DNA of 64,000 nucleotides from the NCBI RefSeq assembly GCF_046105845.1, contig NZ_CP151004.1; one strand, 5' to 3'. The notes under the pieces are model-generated. The model ran no database searches. It was not told the DNA's origin and was given only the letters and a program-made list of their open reading frames with translations. The stretch is from Escherichia coli (lineage in GTDB: Bacteria; Pseudomonadota; Gammaproteobacteria; Enterobacterales; Enterobacteriaceae). Positions 28,443 to 39,547 of this stretch are shown here, piece by piece (position 1 is the stretch's first letter; every line of letters starts with the position of its first letter). The position numbers and the translations under genes are program-made.

Positions 28443-28616
28443 CTAGATTAAATCAATCTTGATATCATAGCTTTCAAGACCAGTCATTTTTTCCCGTGCA
28501 GTAAACTGGATACTGGTAACTTCTTTCCCGGTCTTTTTCTTAAGCTCAATGATTTTTTTTGTTATATATTCAGAAATATCTGCTTCTGTTTTTGTTTTTA
28601 ACTCTTCAATGTTCAT
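28443..28616 (-). CDS. GnsA/GnsB-family protein
   Basis: MNIEELKTKTEADISEYITKKIIELKKKTGKEVTSIQFTAREKMTGLESYDIKIDLI resembles E. coli GnsB. Confidence 0.7.
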   Translation of the reverse strand: MNIEELKTKTEADISEYITKKIIELKKKTGKEVTSIQFTAREKMTGLESYDIKIDLI

Positions 28617-28788
28617 CATTTCCTCTTTTAGTCTGTTATGACTTTCCTGGTACACAGTAGTGTCAATTATATGGAGCAAACGTATAAAAGATAAGATGAA
28701 ACATCGCAATAATCAACATACGACGGTCTAAATTTCACACAAACAGATAAAGATGATTATCATTTATTATCAATGCATTAGAATCAAA

Positions 28789-29019
28789 TCAATTCAAGAG
28801 TCTCATTGCTGCTTCCAGAATTTCTTCTGAAGTTACATGTCGATCCGCTGCTACATAAATGACTTTATGATCTCCGGTCAGAGATGGAAACCCTGCAGCC
28901 ATTACAGTGAGGTGTGTTGTTTCGCCATTTGGATATTCACGCATGATGGTGTTAACTCCGGTCATCACTGGCACTACCATTGCTGGTTCAGAGTTAAAAA
29001 AAACTATTATTTTTTTCAT
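28789..29019 (-). CDS. Hypothetical small protein
   Basis: ORF MKKIIVFFNSEPAMVVPVMTGVNT...; start uncertain. Confidence 0.4.
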   Translation of the reverse strand: MKKIIVFFNSEPAMVVPVMTGVNTIMREYPNGETTHLTVMAAGFPSLTGDHKVIYVAADRHVTSEEILEAAMRLLN

Positions 29020-29290
29020 AATGTTACCGTAATATGTGAGTATCCATCGACTAGACACTAAGCAAAAAAGCTCCCGAAGGAGCCTTCATTTTCACTTTCT
29101 TAAATCTAACGACAGACGGCTAACATTTAAGTATTGTGAAATATTATCAAATGTAATCATCATTGATTTACAAAAGATACATTTTGCCCCGAAAGGATTC
29201 CTGTCAGAAACATCAAAAGATGATGTTCTATACTGAGAACCATGGCAACACGGGCATCTAAAGTGAATATGGTTTGTAATATTTTCTACC

Positions 29291-29506
29291 TCAAAGTGCC
29301 ACTACATGAACAGCCGCGGGGCCTTTAGGTCCGTTCTCAATACCAAATTCGACTTCCTGATTCTCAGTTAACGTTTTGAAATCGTTGCTCTGAATAACTG
29401 AGAAATGGACAAACACATCTTTGCTACCATCTTTCGGCGTGATGAAACCAAAACCTTTTTCAGGGTTAAACCATTTCACTAAACCAGTCATTTTGTTAGA
29501 CATCAT
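29291..29506 (-). CDS. Cold-shock protein (CspA family)
   Basis: [23 protein letters not shown]...VFVHFS, RNP motifs. Confidence 0.85.
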   Translation of the reverse strand: MMSNKMTGLVKWFNPEKGFGFITPKDGSKDVFVHFSVIQSNDFKTLTENQEVEFGIENGPKGPAAVHVVAL

Positions 29507-29866
29507 TATTACCTTTTGAAGAAGTTAGCCCTTGGGCAGAATGGTCCGAAAAAAAATATCAGAGAGAAAAACCAACAAGGAGATCTCAAGAGGTACAAAT
29601 AATAAAATTATAACAATGACTGCTTCAGATAATTTTGTAACAAACCAGAACACCATTAACGCATGATTAACCAACCATAGCAAGGATTACTTTTGTAAAG
29701 AAAAACACACGAATGAAACAATAGCTTTATTTATTAATAAAACGTGTCATTCTGTCTAATGACCTTTTATCTTACCCTTAAGATTTCAAGGATTTTGACT
29801 CATGGAAGAGTCCTTTTTATTTAAATTTCACATTCAGCGCTAAAAATAATCCGATTTAATATTAAT

Positions 29867-30894
<1,028 letters not shown>

Positions 30895-31215
30895 GGATAT
30901 TTATCAGGATTTATCGGCTTCAAATCCCCGGATATGTTAAATCTTACCTCACCAGTGATGGGCACTGGCGGGAGGAGGATGTCAATCTGATAAACACAGA
31001 GGTGACTATGGATTACACAAATCTACCAAAACAAACTTTTGCTGATTTAATCGCACTCAGGCAAGCAGTCGTAGCTCTAATCAACTTGTTGCCGGAGAAG
31101 GAAAAGGAATTAGTTAAAGCGCTTCTTAACAGAACTGCCGCCGATTTTTCATCATATCCACTGACAGATGACCTTGCGGACCTTCCTGAATTAATTGCAG
31201 CGTCCGCCATTAAGC

Positions 31216-31767
31216 TTACTGAAGAGATTTACCCTCCTCAAAAATCTTCACAAAATTCCTGCGAGTAACTTCAATGCAATAATCGTAAAACGCCGCAAAC
31301 TGCTCATCGCGGCGTTTTTTTTCATCTTCAGAAGGGATCAGCACCGACAATTTTTTATTCAGATCAGCGACGCTGCCCTCCAGTTTTTCAATGGGCGATT
31401 CAATATCATCTTTTTCTGACCGCAATGCCGTCGGTGGCGTCTTCAGAGAACCAGTAATTCTTCCCGGTAGCTTTCCTTTGTAGGTTATCCACACATTCTG
31501 CGCCTCTAAAATTATGGGGCGCTTTTCCGGCGACTGCTCATCCCCTACACATAACCCGGCAGCAACATCCAGGAATACCTGTCTGATTCTCATTCTGGCT
31601 GCTGCCTCATAAAACTCCAGCGCGGCACCTTCAACACGGTCCAGCGAGATGTCCAGGTCAAAAATTTCACCGTCAAAGCGTTTTTTGTCCCGTAAGGCTA
31701 CAGTTACCGCCACTTTATTCTCAAAATTGCGGACTCCTTTCACAACCAGTTCATAGTCTTGTGTCAT
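31216..31767 (-). CDS. YdfR-like protein (DUF1327-type), between holin and lysozyme
   Basis: Position matches Qin essQ-ydfR-rrrQ; family assignment from memory only. Confidence 0.5.
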   Translation of the reverse strand: MTQDYELVVKGVRNFENKVAVTVALRDKKRFDGEIFDLDISLDRVEGAALEFYEAAARMRIRQVFLDVAAGLCVGDEQSPEKRPIILEAQNVWITYKGKLPGRITGSLKTPPTALRSEKDDIESPIEKLEGSVADLNKKLSVLIPSEDEKKRRDEQFAAFYDYCIEVTRRNFVKIFEEGKSLQ

Positions 31768-31771
31768 TGGA

Positions 31772-31987
31772 TTACTCTCTTCTCGCAACCTTACGCCTGT
31801 CTTCTTTAATCTTGAAATAAAGGTTTGTCAGATACGTCAGCAGGCCAAAAACCAGACTACCCAGCACACCGATTGCAGCCCACTGTGACGGAGTTACTTT
31901 ATCGAGTAACTGCAATGCCCAGAAACCAGCATTACCAGCCGATGTGCCATAGGCGATACCTGTTGTTAACTTATCCATTGATTTCAT
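31772..31987 (-). CDS. Holin (EssD/EssQ-like)
   Basis: [66 protein letters not shown]. Confidence 0.85.
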   Translation of the reverse strand: MKSMDKLTTGIAYGTSAGNAGFWALQLLDKVTPSQWAAIGVLGSLVFGLLTYLTNLYFKIKEDRRKVARRE

Positions 31988-32205
31988 ATCCTCACCCCGA
32001 TGTACACAGATGGTGCAATATGTTTGAAAAGATCGGAGTCTATGGGTTAGTTTTTATAGCAAACGTTGTTCTCAACGGCGCTAAAAAACAGACACATTAA
32101 AAATGTGGGTAATTATTTTAAAAGAAAATCATATATTAAATAATAATACGAGATATGTTTTCATATTTAGTGTACTGTATACGGCCATTTATACAGGAAA
32201 AGCCT

Positions 32206-32376
32206 ATGTCAGAACGTAAAGACTCAAAATCACGCCGTAATTATCTCGTTAAATGTTCCTGCCCAAACTGCACCCAAGAGTCAGAACACAGTTTTTCAAG
32301 AGTACAAAAAGGTGCCCTTTTGATCTGCCCTCATTGCAACAAAGTATTCCAGACAAATCTTAAAGCTGTAGCTTGA
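32206..32376 (+). CDS. Small zinc-ribbon protein (hypothetical)
   Basis: ATG at 32206 after an AGGAAAAG RBS; CSCPNCTQ...CPHCNK, two CxxC pairs. Confidence 0.5.
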   Translation: MSERKDSKSRRNYLVKCSCPNCTQESEHSFSRVQKGALLICPHCNKVFQTNLKAVA

Positions 32377-32739
32377 TTGATTTTATTCGTAACAAGTATT
32401 TTTTATATTTTAATAACATATTTAAAGCAGATAATAAAAAACCCGCCTGAGCGGGTTTAATATTGTGGTACTTTTTGTGGGAGTCATCCACTTACGCACT
32501 TTGTTTTGCTATGCCAGCAGTTAGCTTCTGCTGTAAAACTATTCATGCAGCAAACCTGCACTTCACCACAATGGTTAGCATACTTTTCCTGATTAAGTTA
32601 TTGCCAAATATGCTGGCCATTGTTTCATGTATTGGACCTCCTTACTATTTATTAAAGAGATCCAATATTCACCACTCTGTCTGTATCTCCACTCAGGCAT
32701 CAGCCTTCTTCGTTATCGTATACAGACAAACTATGAATT

Positions 32740-32955
32740 TTAATCAGTAATTATGACATTTGCTGCTGCAGGACCTTTAGCACCACTCTCTACAGAGAAG
32801 GTAACCTTTTGACCTTCAAATAAGGTTCGAAAATTATCATTCTGAATCGCAGAAAAATGCACAAACACATCTTTACTACCATCAACAGGAGAAATAAAGC
32901 CAAAACCTTTATCAGCGTTAAACCATTTTACTAAACCAGTCATTTTATTTGACAT
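32740..32955 (-). CDS. Cold-shock protein (CspA/B/G family)
   Basis: [23 protein letters not shown]...VFVHFSAI. Confidence 0.85.
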   Translation of the reverse strand: MSNKMTGLVKWFNADKGFGFISPVDGSKDVFVHFSAIQNDNFRTLFEGQKVTFSVESGAKGPAAANVIITD

Positions 32956-33255
32956 TCTACATTCCTTAACTTGAGCCTTTCGGCATAAATGGCTTGTATA
33001 ACAGAAACGACTTCGTACTTAATTGGAGAGACTCAAAGAAGGAATAAGTGAATAACACCTGAAATGAGAACTGCTTTAGTAAACTACTTCGTATATCGTC
33101 TGTTCTTCAAACCGACGCAATCATTAACGCATAGTTGAACATATGAAGCAATGTTTATTTTAGACATCCAGCCATCTTCAACCCCATCAAAAAACTATAG
33201 CTTTCTTCAGGAACGTGTGTATAGTGCGCCCAGTTATCAGTATTAAGGAATTTTT

Positions 33256-33468
33256 TTGTCCCGTAAAATGACAGGAATTGTCAAAACCTTTGACGGCAAA
33301 AGCGGCAAGGGTCTTATCACCCCATCCGATGGTCGTATCGATGTCCAGCTTCATGTTTCAGCGCTCAATCTCCGCGATGCAGAAGAAATTACCACCGGAT
33401 TACGCGTGGAATTTTGCCGGATAAATGGTCTGCGTGGCCCTTCAGCTGCCAATGTTTACCTTTCATGA
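33256..33468 (+). CDS. Cold-shock-like protein (CspF/CspH type)
   Basis: [37 protein letters not shown]...[16 protein letters not shown]. Confidence 0.8.
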
Positions 33469-33883
33469 GCTATATTAAAGCTTTAATTTCAGGCCCCATC
33501 GAATCAAACATGGAGAGTTTTCATGAATAACCCCGTCTGTCTTGATGACTGGTTGATTGGCTTTAAAAGCTTATGCTGTACTTTGACCGTAATAGCTCTG
33601 CTAATAATGTAATATGCAGACTCATTGTATCTAGGGACATAGTACTGGAAGAAAACATTTTAAACATCAGGCAAAGTCACCCGATAAATAATAAGTAAAC
33701 AAACATGAATCCCGGAATGAGATTCAACATCTCTATTACCCTATTTAAAGCACAAAAACCCGCTCATCAGCGGGTTTTCTACTTTTTCTTAACGTCGGGT
33801 ATATAAAGCCCATCGTTGAAAAAATTTTATCCATATTTTTTGAAAAATGCAAGCATTACGTCGCCATCTTCGGCGAAAATCAT

Positions 33884-34636
33884 TTATCTCGTCACTTTTC
33901 TTAATTGCACCTCAGCATATGCTTCTTCCTGCCAGCACTTTGTAACCAGTTTATCAATGACATCTGCATATCCTTTGTACCACTGATAATCAGTCAGGTC
34001 TGGTACCAGCTTCTGGACATGACACCGCGCCAGTGTCGTTGGTAAACGACTAAACCGGTTTCCATTGCAACGCCCACAAATCTTATAAACAGGCGCGCCA
34101 TGAAGCCGGGTCCTTTTTTCATCCAGGACAATACCTTTACCCTTACACCCTCTGCACGCTGTGCTGACTTCTCCCTTACCATGACAATGCTGACATAGTT
34201 CCTTCACCCACTCTTCCTTGATAACAGACTCCCCGCTTCTGGAGTATTTCACCACTTCGCGCAATACATTATGAAATCCAGTACCAGCACAAGGCTCACA
34301 GCGAGCCTTACTTGCCGCAGACCTGGAATAATCAGCAAAGGCAAAACTCACAAGGTAAGGGATGATCTGTAACCGGATTTCTTCACTCAATTTGTTCAAT
34401 GTCGGGTTATCCAGTGCCATCGCGTAATTGAGCAGACCTTCAATCGCAAACTGAGGATCCTGAACGCCAGCTTTTGCCAGGAATAAGGCAAACCCAAGCG
34501 GTGCTTTCGACTGCACCATCCCCTGCGCAGCCATCACATCCGTAATCGTTAAACCACCTGAGCCTGTCGCCGGTGCGGCATCACTCAATTTTGGAGATTT
34601 TGGGGAGTAATATTTTGGTAAGGCTTCAAGGTTCAT
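33884..34636 (-). CDS. Late-gene antiterminator Q (QuuD/QuuQ type)
   Basis: From MNLEALPKYY...; Cys-rich zinc-binding region CEPCAGTGF...CQHCHGKGE...CRGCKGKG...CGRCNGN. Confidence 0.8.
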   Translation of the reverse strand: MNLEALPKYYSPKSPKLSDAAPATGSGGLTITDVMAAQGMVQSKAPLGFALFLAKAGVQDPQFAIEGLLNYAMALDNPTLNKLSEEIRLQIIPYLVSFAFADYSRSAASKARCEPCAGTGFHNVLREVVKYSRSGESVIKEEWVKELCQHCHGKGEVSTACRGCKGKGIVLDEKRTRLHGAPVYKICGRCNGNRFSRLPTTLARCHVQKLVPDLTDYQWYKGYADVIDKLVTKCWQEEAYAEVQLRKVTR

Positions 34637-34649
34637 GCTCGTTCTCCAC

Positions 34650-35645
34650 TTACGCCAGTACGCCAATTGCCAGCGCACGATCGATAAAACGAAATATCAG
34701 CTCCAGTTGGGAGCCATACTTCTCTTCAAATGTCACGGTATCCGCATGCAGCTCGTCGTGATGCTTTCTGCACAAAGGCAACACAAAGAGATCATGCGCT
34801 TTTGTACCCATTCCACCCTGACCGTGGCCTATCAGGTGGTGGGGATCATCAGCTGGCTTTCCACAACATGCGCACGGCTGCGTCTTAACCCAGCGCGTGT
34901 ACTTTTCATTAACCCAGCGGCGACGTTTGGGGCGTAACATAAAAGACTCCGGCGACTCCGGATCCACTTTCAGCGCCAGCACCTTTTTCGCTTTATCCTG
35001 GATGATGCTGGTGGCAGGAACCGAAGGCACAAGGTCACTTTCCCGGGTGACAGATGGCACAACAGGCTTCGGTAATCTCAGTGCCTTACGGGCTGCACTT
35101 TCCGGTAAGGCATCCGCCAAATCATTACGAACCAGCCACCAGCACAGTTCCGGCATTGTCACAACGTGACTGTCATCAAAACCGAGATCCCGACGCACGA
35201 CAGACAACACCCAGCGGGCACAGTTATCCGTTGCCATTGATTCCAGCCGTTCCGTGAACTGGTCACGCAGCTGGTTATCGCAGTGCCAGCACAGACGAAT
35301 TGCTCCCGGAGCGTGCCGCATTGTGGTCATGTTCTCGCTGTGCCAGTCGGAATGAGGCCACTGACAGCCCTTTTCACGAAGTAACCAGCTTTCAAGACAT
35401 TCCACGCCACCAGCACGACGGATCACTGCCTCATTGCGGAACACGGCCCGAACGGCAGGATCATCCGCCAGCGGTTGTGATGCCGCCGGAACGGCACCAC
35501 TGGCGAAAGATGAATAACGTTCCGGCTCAGGCTCCAGCAGGACACGCCCCTGCATAAACAGGGGCATCAGCTCTGAACCTGGCCTGAACAATACAATCCC
35601 CATACGCGGGGCAATTTCAGGGGTCAGTAGTGCTCTCACGGTCAC
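34650..35645 (-). CDS. YdfU-like protein (DUF968)
   Basis: 331 aa; C-terminal ...CACCGKPADDPHHLIGHGQGGMGTKAHDLFVLPLCRKHHDELH; Qin-like position upstream of Q. Confidence 0.75.
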   Translation of the reverse strand: MTVRALLTPEIAPRMGIVLFRPGSELMPLFMQGRVLLEPEPERYSSFASGAVPAASQPLADDPAVRAVFRNEAVIRRAGGVECLESWLLREKGCQWPHSDWHSENMTTMRHAPGAIRLCWHCDNQLRDQFTERLESMATDNCARWVLSVVRRDLGFDDSHVVTMPELCWWLVRNDLADALPESAARKALRLPKPVVPSVTRESDLVPSVPATSIIQDKAKKVLALKVDPESPESFMLRPKRRRWVNEKYTRWVKTQPCACCGKPADDPHHLIGHGQGGMGTKAHDLFVLPLCRKHHDELHADTVTFEEKYGSQLELIFRFIDRALAIGVLA

Positions 35646-35646
35646 C

Positions 35647-36444
35647 TCAATGAACGGTATCGAGCAGCTTTAACAGCTCAGGGAATCGGGATTCGAAGAA
35701 ATGCGGCTGCGTCTCGCGCGGATTTGCAGGACTGGTGATGTTCTTGCCGAACATGCAGCCTTTCGCCGTCAGCGACCAGAATTTTTTGATGTTGTTAATC
35801 GCGGTACGGCTGTATCGTTCGCGTTGTTCAACGATCCCCAGCTTCACCATCTGGTGATATGCCTGATTAGCCGTCAGGCGGATACCATACTGCCTCAGCA
35901 GTGCACTCAGAGACAGCGTGGGGCGACTTGAGCCATCGTGTGCATCAGCAGGAGCATCAATGGCATAGCGCGGTGCCAGATTCGGTAAGCCAACAGCCTC
36001 CTGGAGTTTCTGGCAGGCACCAAGCACTGAAGAGTTAGACAGGTTTAATTCCCGGCGCATAAAGTCCAGCAGAATCACACCAGCCTGCATCTTGTCAGCA
36101 GCCTGTCCGGATAATTTTTCCGGTGCGCTGGTTACCATGTCGAAAGTACGGATCACCTTCAGATGGAATGACGGGCTGATCCACATTGCATAGGCATACA
36201 CCAGTTCTTTGCAGACATACGTCCCCTGGTTATTTCCGCCACGAATAACGTTAACTGGCTCTATATTGACCGAGTTGCAAATCTGCAACTCGCTTATTAA
36301 ACGCTCAGTTTGCTCATTGCGGAGCCAGAATGCGGGCTTATGCTTATCCAGAGAACCAGCAGCCCTGTGCAGATCGTTCAGGCTGTAACGCCCATAAGCA
36401 TCACGACGAACTTCAATACCATCAATAACCATCAGATTATTCAT
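35647..36444 (-). CDS. KilA-N domain protein (antirepressor-like)
   Basis: N-terminal VIDGIEVRRDAYGRYSLNDLHRAAG...KPAFWLRNEQTERLISEL. Confidence 0.75.
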   Translation of the reverse strand: MNNLMVIDGIEVRRDAYGRYSLNDLHRAAGSLDKHKPAFWLRNEQTERLISELQICNSVNIEPVNVIRGGNNQGTYVCKELVYAYAMWISPSFHLKVIRTFDMVTSAPEKLSGQAADKMQAGVILLDFMRRELNLSNSSVLGACQKLQEAVGLPNLAPRYAIDAPADAHDGSSRPTLSLSALLRQYGIRLTANQAYHQMVKLGIVEQRERYSRTAINNIKKFWSLTAKGCMFGKNITSPANPRETQPHFFESRFPELLKLLDTVH

Positions 36445-36463
36445 ACTTCGTTTCTCCTCTTAA

Positions 36464-36853
36464 TCAGGCGGCTGCACCCGCCGTTTTCTCGTACTTACTG
36501 ATAGTGATCTCGACCTTCCCTTCCGGGATAACCGGTCCCCACTCCACCAGCATTCTTTTCACCTGACTGTCGTCTTCCCACACACCCGCGTGGGTCAGGG
36601 CGTCAAACAGCGCCTTGTTATAGTTGTCCAGATCGCGGATCCGGTTATCCGGAGGAAACAACACGATCTCCACTGAAGCAGGTGCCGACGTTGGTTTTGG
36701 CAGACGACGTAACTGCTCAAATATTGCTGCACACGCCGCGCTCTGGAATTTGCGCCCCGCCGCGCTTATCAGGCTCTTACCAGCAAACGCCCCTTTGTTG
36801 GGGTGTCGCCAGTACGTGTTCACGCTGGGCGGGAAAGGCAGGATCAGCTTCAT
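36464..36853 (-). CDS. rusA: Holliday junction resolvase RusA
   Basis: MKLILPFPPSVNTYWRH...DLDNYNKALFDALTHAGVWEDDSQV. Confidence 0.85.
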   Translation of the reverse strand: MKLILPFPPSVNTYWRHPNKGAFAGKSLISAAGRKFQSAACAAIFEQLRRLPKPTSAPASVEIVLFPPDNRIRDLDNYNKALFDALTHAGVWEDDSQVKRMLVEWGPVIPEGKVEITISKYEKTAGAAA

Positions 36854-37176
36854 ACTTTCAGGCCCCTCTCATGTAACCAGTGGGCTGCACGCAGTCTGGC
36901 GTTTTCCTCACCGGCAAGCAGTGCGCGGATAATCCCGGCTGCCTCGCTGTCGTCGTCCTTCACTGTGGTATGAAGCGTGATACCCCGGGCCACGCCACGC
37001 TTTATCGTGATGACGCCTTTTTTCTCCAGTGCGCGAAGATGCTCCACCGCTGCATTCACCGAACGGTATCCCAGCATGGCTGCCACCTCCTGATTGGTTG
37101 GCGGGAAACCACGTTCTTTCTGATAAGAAATCAGCATATCCAGCACCTGCTGCTGGCATTGAGTTAACGTCGTCAT
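36850..37176 (-). CDS. LexA-N-terminal-like winged-helix DNA-binding protein
   Basis: LTQCQQQVLDMLISYQKERGFPPTNQEVAAMLGYRSVNAAVEHLRALEKKGVITI parallels the LexA DNA-binding domain; no S24 peptidase domain. Confidence 0.6.
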   Translation of the reverse strand: MTTLTQCQQQVLDMLISYQKERGFPPTNQEVAAMLGYRSVNAAVEHLRALEKKGVITIKRGVARGITLHTTVKDDDSEAAGIIRALLAGEENARLRAAHWLHERGLKV

Positions 37177-37664
37177 TAAGCCCACACGTAATTCCCTGAC
37201 AGATACCACTCATCACCCGATACAGCGCGCTTGCTGCTTTTCCGTAAGCACCGCTCACGGCGCGCCAGAAAATTGTTTCGTTCTGACTGGGAGTGGCTTT
37301 CACGGAATGCCGCCATCCACACGGTTGCAGCACGACGGTATAAGCCCCTGGACTCCAGTTCTTCAGCCTGGCGGGTCAGGCACAAAATTACCCGGGGATC
37401 GTTAGTGCCGACATAGAAATTGCGCACAGGTCTGGTTTCACGAACTGGTTGTGGTTCCGGCTCCTGCGCTCTCTCAGTCAGGCGCGGGAAATGTCTGCGT
37501 GTATTTCCTTCACAACGGTGAGCCACACGCCCACTCTGACGTAACTTGCTTGCTGACTGCAGAACGCGCTGCCGTGAGTAACCTGCAAAAGCATCTGCAA
37601 TGTCTCCGGAAGTACACCCCGGATGGGCTTCAATGAATTTCTGAACTTCATTCAAAAGACTCAT
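37176..37664 (-). CDS. PerC/ANR-like small regulator (hypothetical)
   Basis: C-terminal ELESRGLYRRAATVWMAAF resembles the PerC-family signature. Confidence 0.5.
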   Translation of the reverse strand: MSLLNEVQKFIEAHPGCTSGDIADAFAGYSRQRVLQSASKLRQSGRVAHRCEGNTRRHFPRLTERAQEPEPQPVRETRPVRNFYVGTNDPRVILCLTRQAEELESRGLYRRAATVWMAAFRESHSQSERNNFLARRERCLRKSSKRAVSGDEWYLSGNYVWA

Positions 37665-37666
37665 GA

Positions 37667-38485
37667 TTACCCCCTGAATCCTGCCGGGATCTGGCTGTAG
37701 TCCACGTTGTCGTAACTGGCTTTGAAGTACGGGTCCTCGCGTCTGGCTGCAGATACCGCAGGAACTTCCCAGGATTCTTCGAAATGACGATCCGGACCAA
37801 AGAACGTGACAGCCTGTTTCACAAATTGTGTGCCGCTGTTACCCATCGCAGATACCCAGCCCGCGTAGCGTTTCACACCTTCCAGCATGGTTTCGGGTTT
37901 TACCCCCTCATTCAAACGGGCTTTCCAGGCTTTGAAGGCTGCAGATTTTGAATTGCCACCAGCACGTTTGGGGTATGCCAGCCATGCCTGCTCAAACTCC
38001 GGAGAGTATTCCGGTCGGTTTGAACGAACTCGCACAGACTCATCAGCAGATGCACCAACAGCTATTGGTTCATTGACTGGTTCTTTGACTGGTTCAAAAG
38101 AGTGACTGGTTCTGGGTGAATCTCCTGCACCACCCCCTGGTGCAACTCCTGCACTACCTGGTGAATTTGCTGCACCAGATAGTGAATTATTTGCACTACC
38201 CCCTAGTGAATCTCCTGCACCATCAAGATGAAGGAGATAGATATTACTTGAGTTACCTTTTTCACCTTTCCGGGTGACTTTTTTTACCAGCCCGGAATCA
38301 CAAAGGGCCGCAATATGATTCATCACAGAACGTTTGCTAATCTCGCACTGGTCAGCAATATGCTGGTAGCTGGGCCAGCACTCACCCTGATCGCTGGCAT
38401 TATCAGCCAGCTTGATCAGAACCAGTTTTCGCAATGGATTACCCACTCGAATTTTCATCGCTTTAACCATCAGCTCCATACTCAT
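37667..38485 (-). CDS. Replication initiator (lambda O-like) with N-terminal winged HTH and DnaT-like C-terminal tail
   Basis: Start at 38485 after a GGAGG RBS; low-complexity middle encoded by iterons; C-terminus ...DYSQIPAGFRG matches host DnaT ...[10 protein letters not shown]. Confidence 0.7.
   Translation of the reverse strand: MSMELMVKAMKIRVGNPLRKLVLIKLADNASDQGECWPSYQHIADQCEISKRSVMNHIAALCDSGLVKKVTRKGEKGNSSNIYLLHLDGAGDSLGGSANNSLSGAANSPGSAGVAPGGGAGDSPRTSHSFEPVKEPVNEPIAVGASADESVRVRSNRPEYSPEFEQAWLAYPKRAGGNSKSAAFKAWKARLNEGVKPETMLEGVKRYAGWVSAMGNSGTQFVKQAVTFFGPDRHFEESWEVPAVSAARREDPYFKASYDNVDYSQIPAGFRG
38040..38230. repeat. Iteron-like direct repeats inside the initiator gene (putative replication origin)
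   Basis: Repeated TTGACTGGTTC units and ~21-bp units ending in ...CCTGCAC or TTTGCAC (e.g. CCCTGGTGCAACTCCTGCAC, TACCTGGTGAATTTGCTGCAC, CAGATAGTGAATTATTTGCAC, CCCTAGTGAATCTCCTGCAC). Confidence 0.6.
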
Positions 38486-38718
38486 GCTGCACCTCCGAGA
38501 TGCTTCATGTTTTTTCCGGAGCAAAAGGCTATAAGCGGCATACTGATGCGGTAATTACGGCCCAGCGGTTCACAAATCACCTTCTGACATTCACGGTCAA
38601 CCAGGCTAACACGTAGAACATGCCCTGCAGGCGTGGTGTACCACTGCCCAACTGTAGGAATTGATGTTTTTTTACGCTGAAGCAAACGGCAAATATTGAG
38701 GATCAACGGATTAAGCAT
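38482..38718 (-). CDS. Hypothetical protein
   Basis: 78-aa ORF translationally coupled to the initiator. Confidence 0.4.
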   Translation of the reverse strand: MLNPLILNICRLLQRKKTSIPTVGQWYTTPAGHVLRVSLVDRECQKVICEPLGRNYRISMPLIAFCSGKNMKHLGGAA

Positions 38719-39547
38719 GACGATGCCCTCCGCTGATATTCAGGAGACGGTGAATATGAAAATTAGCCTTATCCGCCAGACGAATACGTTCAGCCTGCAA
38801 GTTAAGAAGGGTTTCTACCAAAACCTGATGCGCCTGCGGATCCGAAAGAGTTACCTTGCGCAGAGCACGTAGTGCAGTTGTTACATAACTGAGTTTATGT
38901 AAGTCTTCATCATTCAGACGAGTGAGGGCTGGGACAGTAGCCATGATGGCAGCCTCCGATAACAGTGAATTACCTTCACCACCGGAAACGCCAATTTCGC
39001 TGGTGGTGAACTGAACGGGGTTGGCGTAACCGGCGTTATCGGAAACCGGCGCACCTTTCGGTGCCCCCGTCCAGCCCACCATAATTTGGGTGTGCACAGA
39101 CACAGACGATAAAAAAGACGCTGGCGCGTCATATATCGCCGATAACATTTCCAGGACGCCAATCCCGTCACCCGCTTTATAAGGTGCCTGAACAGTGTAA
39201 CGTCCCGGAATGGCAGAATCAATGTGCTGGTGGTCCTTCACACTCAACAAAATCACGCCTGAATTTCCACAAAGGACTAAAGCACTCATGCGGGTAGTCT
39301 TTGCGAAGATAGATAACGCGCTGTGTTTCTGGTTCCCAACGAATAACATGGACATAAAGCCCTCTTCCGTCACGAAACCAGCGGTTAAGTTCCCGCACAA
39401 CTCGCCCCCCACAGTCAGGTAAAGTTCTCTGTGGTTACTTACAGCCAGGTGATTTGGTAATCTGCATTCATGCCGTAACAACAGGTGTTCAGCGACACTG
39501 ACCACCAGCTGTTGCGACAAACGGTTATTTGCCGTTAAACTGTTCAT
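38711..39547 (-). CDS. Hypothetical phage early protein
   Basis: 278-aa ORF in the cro-proximal early-right operon. Confidence 0.5.
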   Translation of the reverse strand: MNSLTANNRLSQQLVVSVAEHLLLRHECRLPNHLAVSNHRELYLTVGGELCGNLTAGFVTEEGFMSMLFVGNQKHSALSIFAKTTRMSALVLCGNSGVILLSVKDHQHIDSAIPGRYTVQAPYKAGDGIGVLEMLSAIYDAPASFLSSVSVHTQIMVGWTGAPKGAPVSDNAGYANPVQFTTSEIGVSGGEGNSLLSEAAIMATVPALTRLNDEDLHKLSYVTTALRALRKVTLSDPQAHQVLVETLLNLQAERIRLADKANFHIHRLLNISGGHRHA

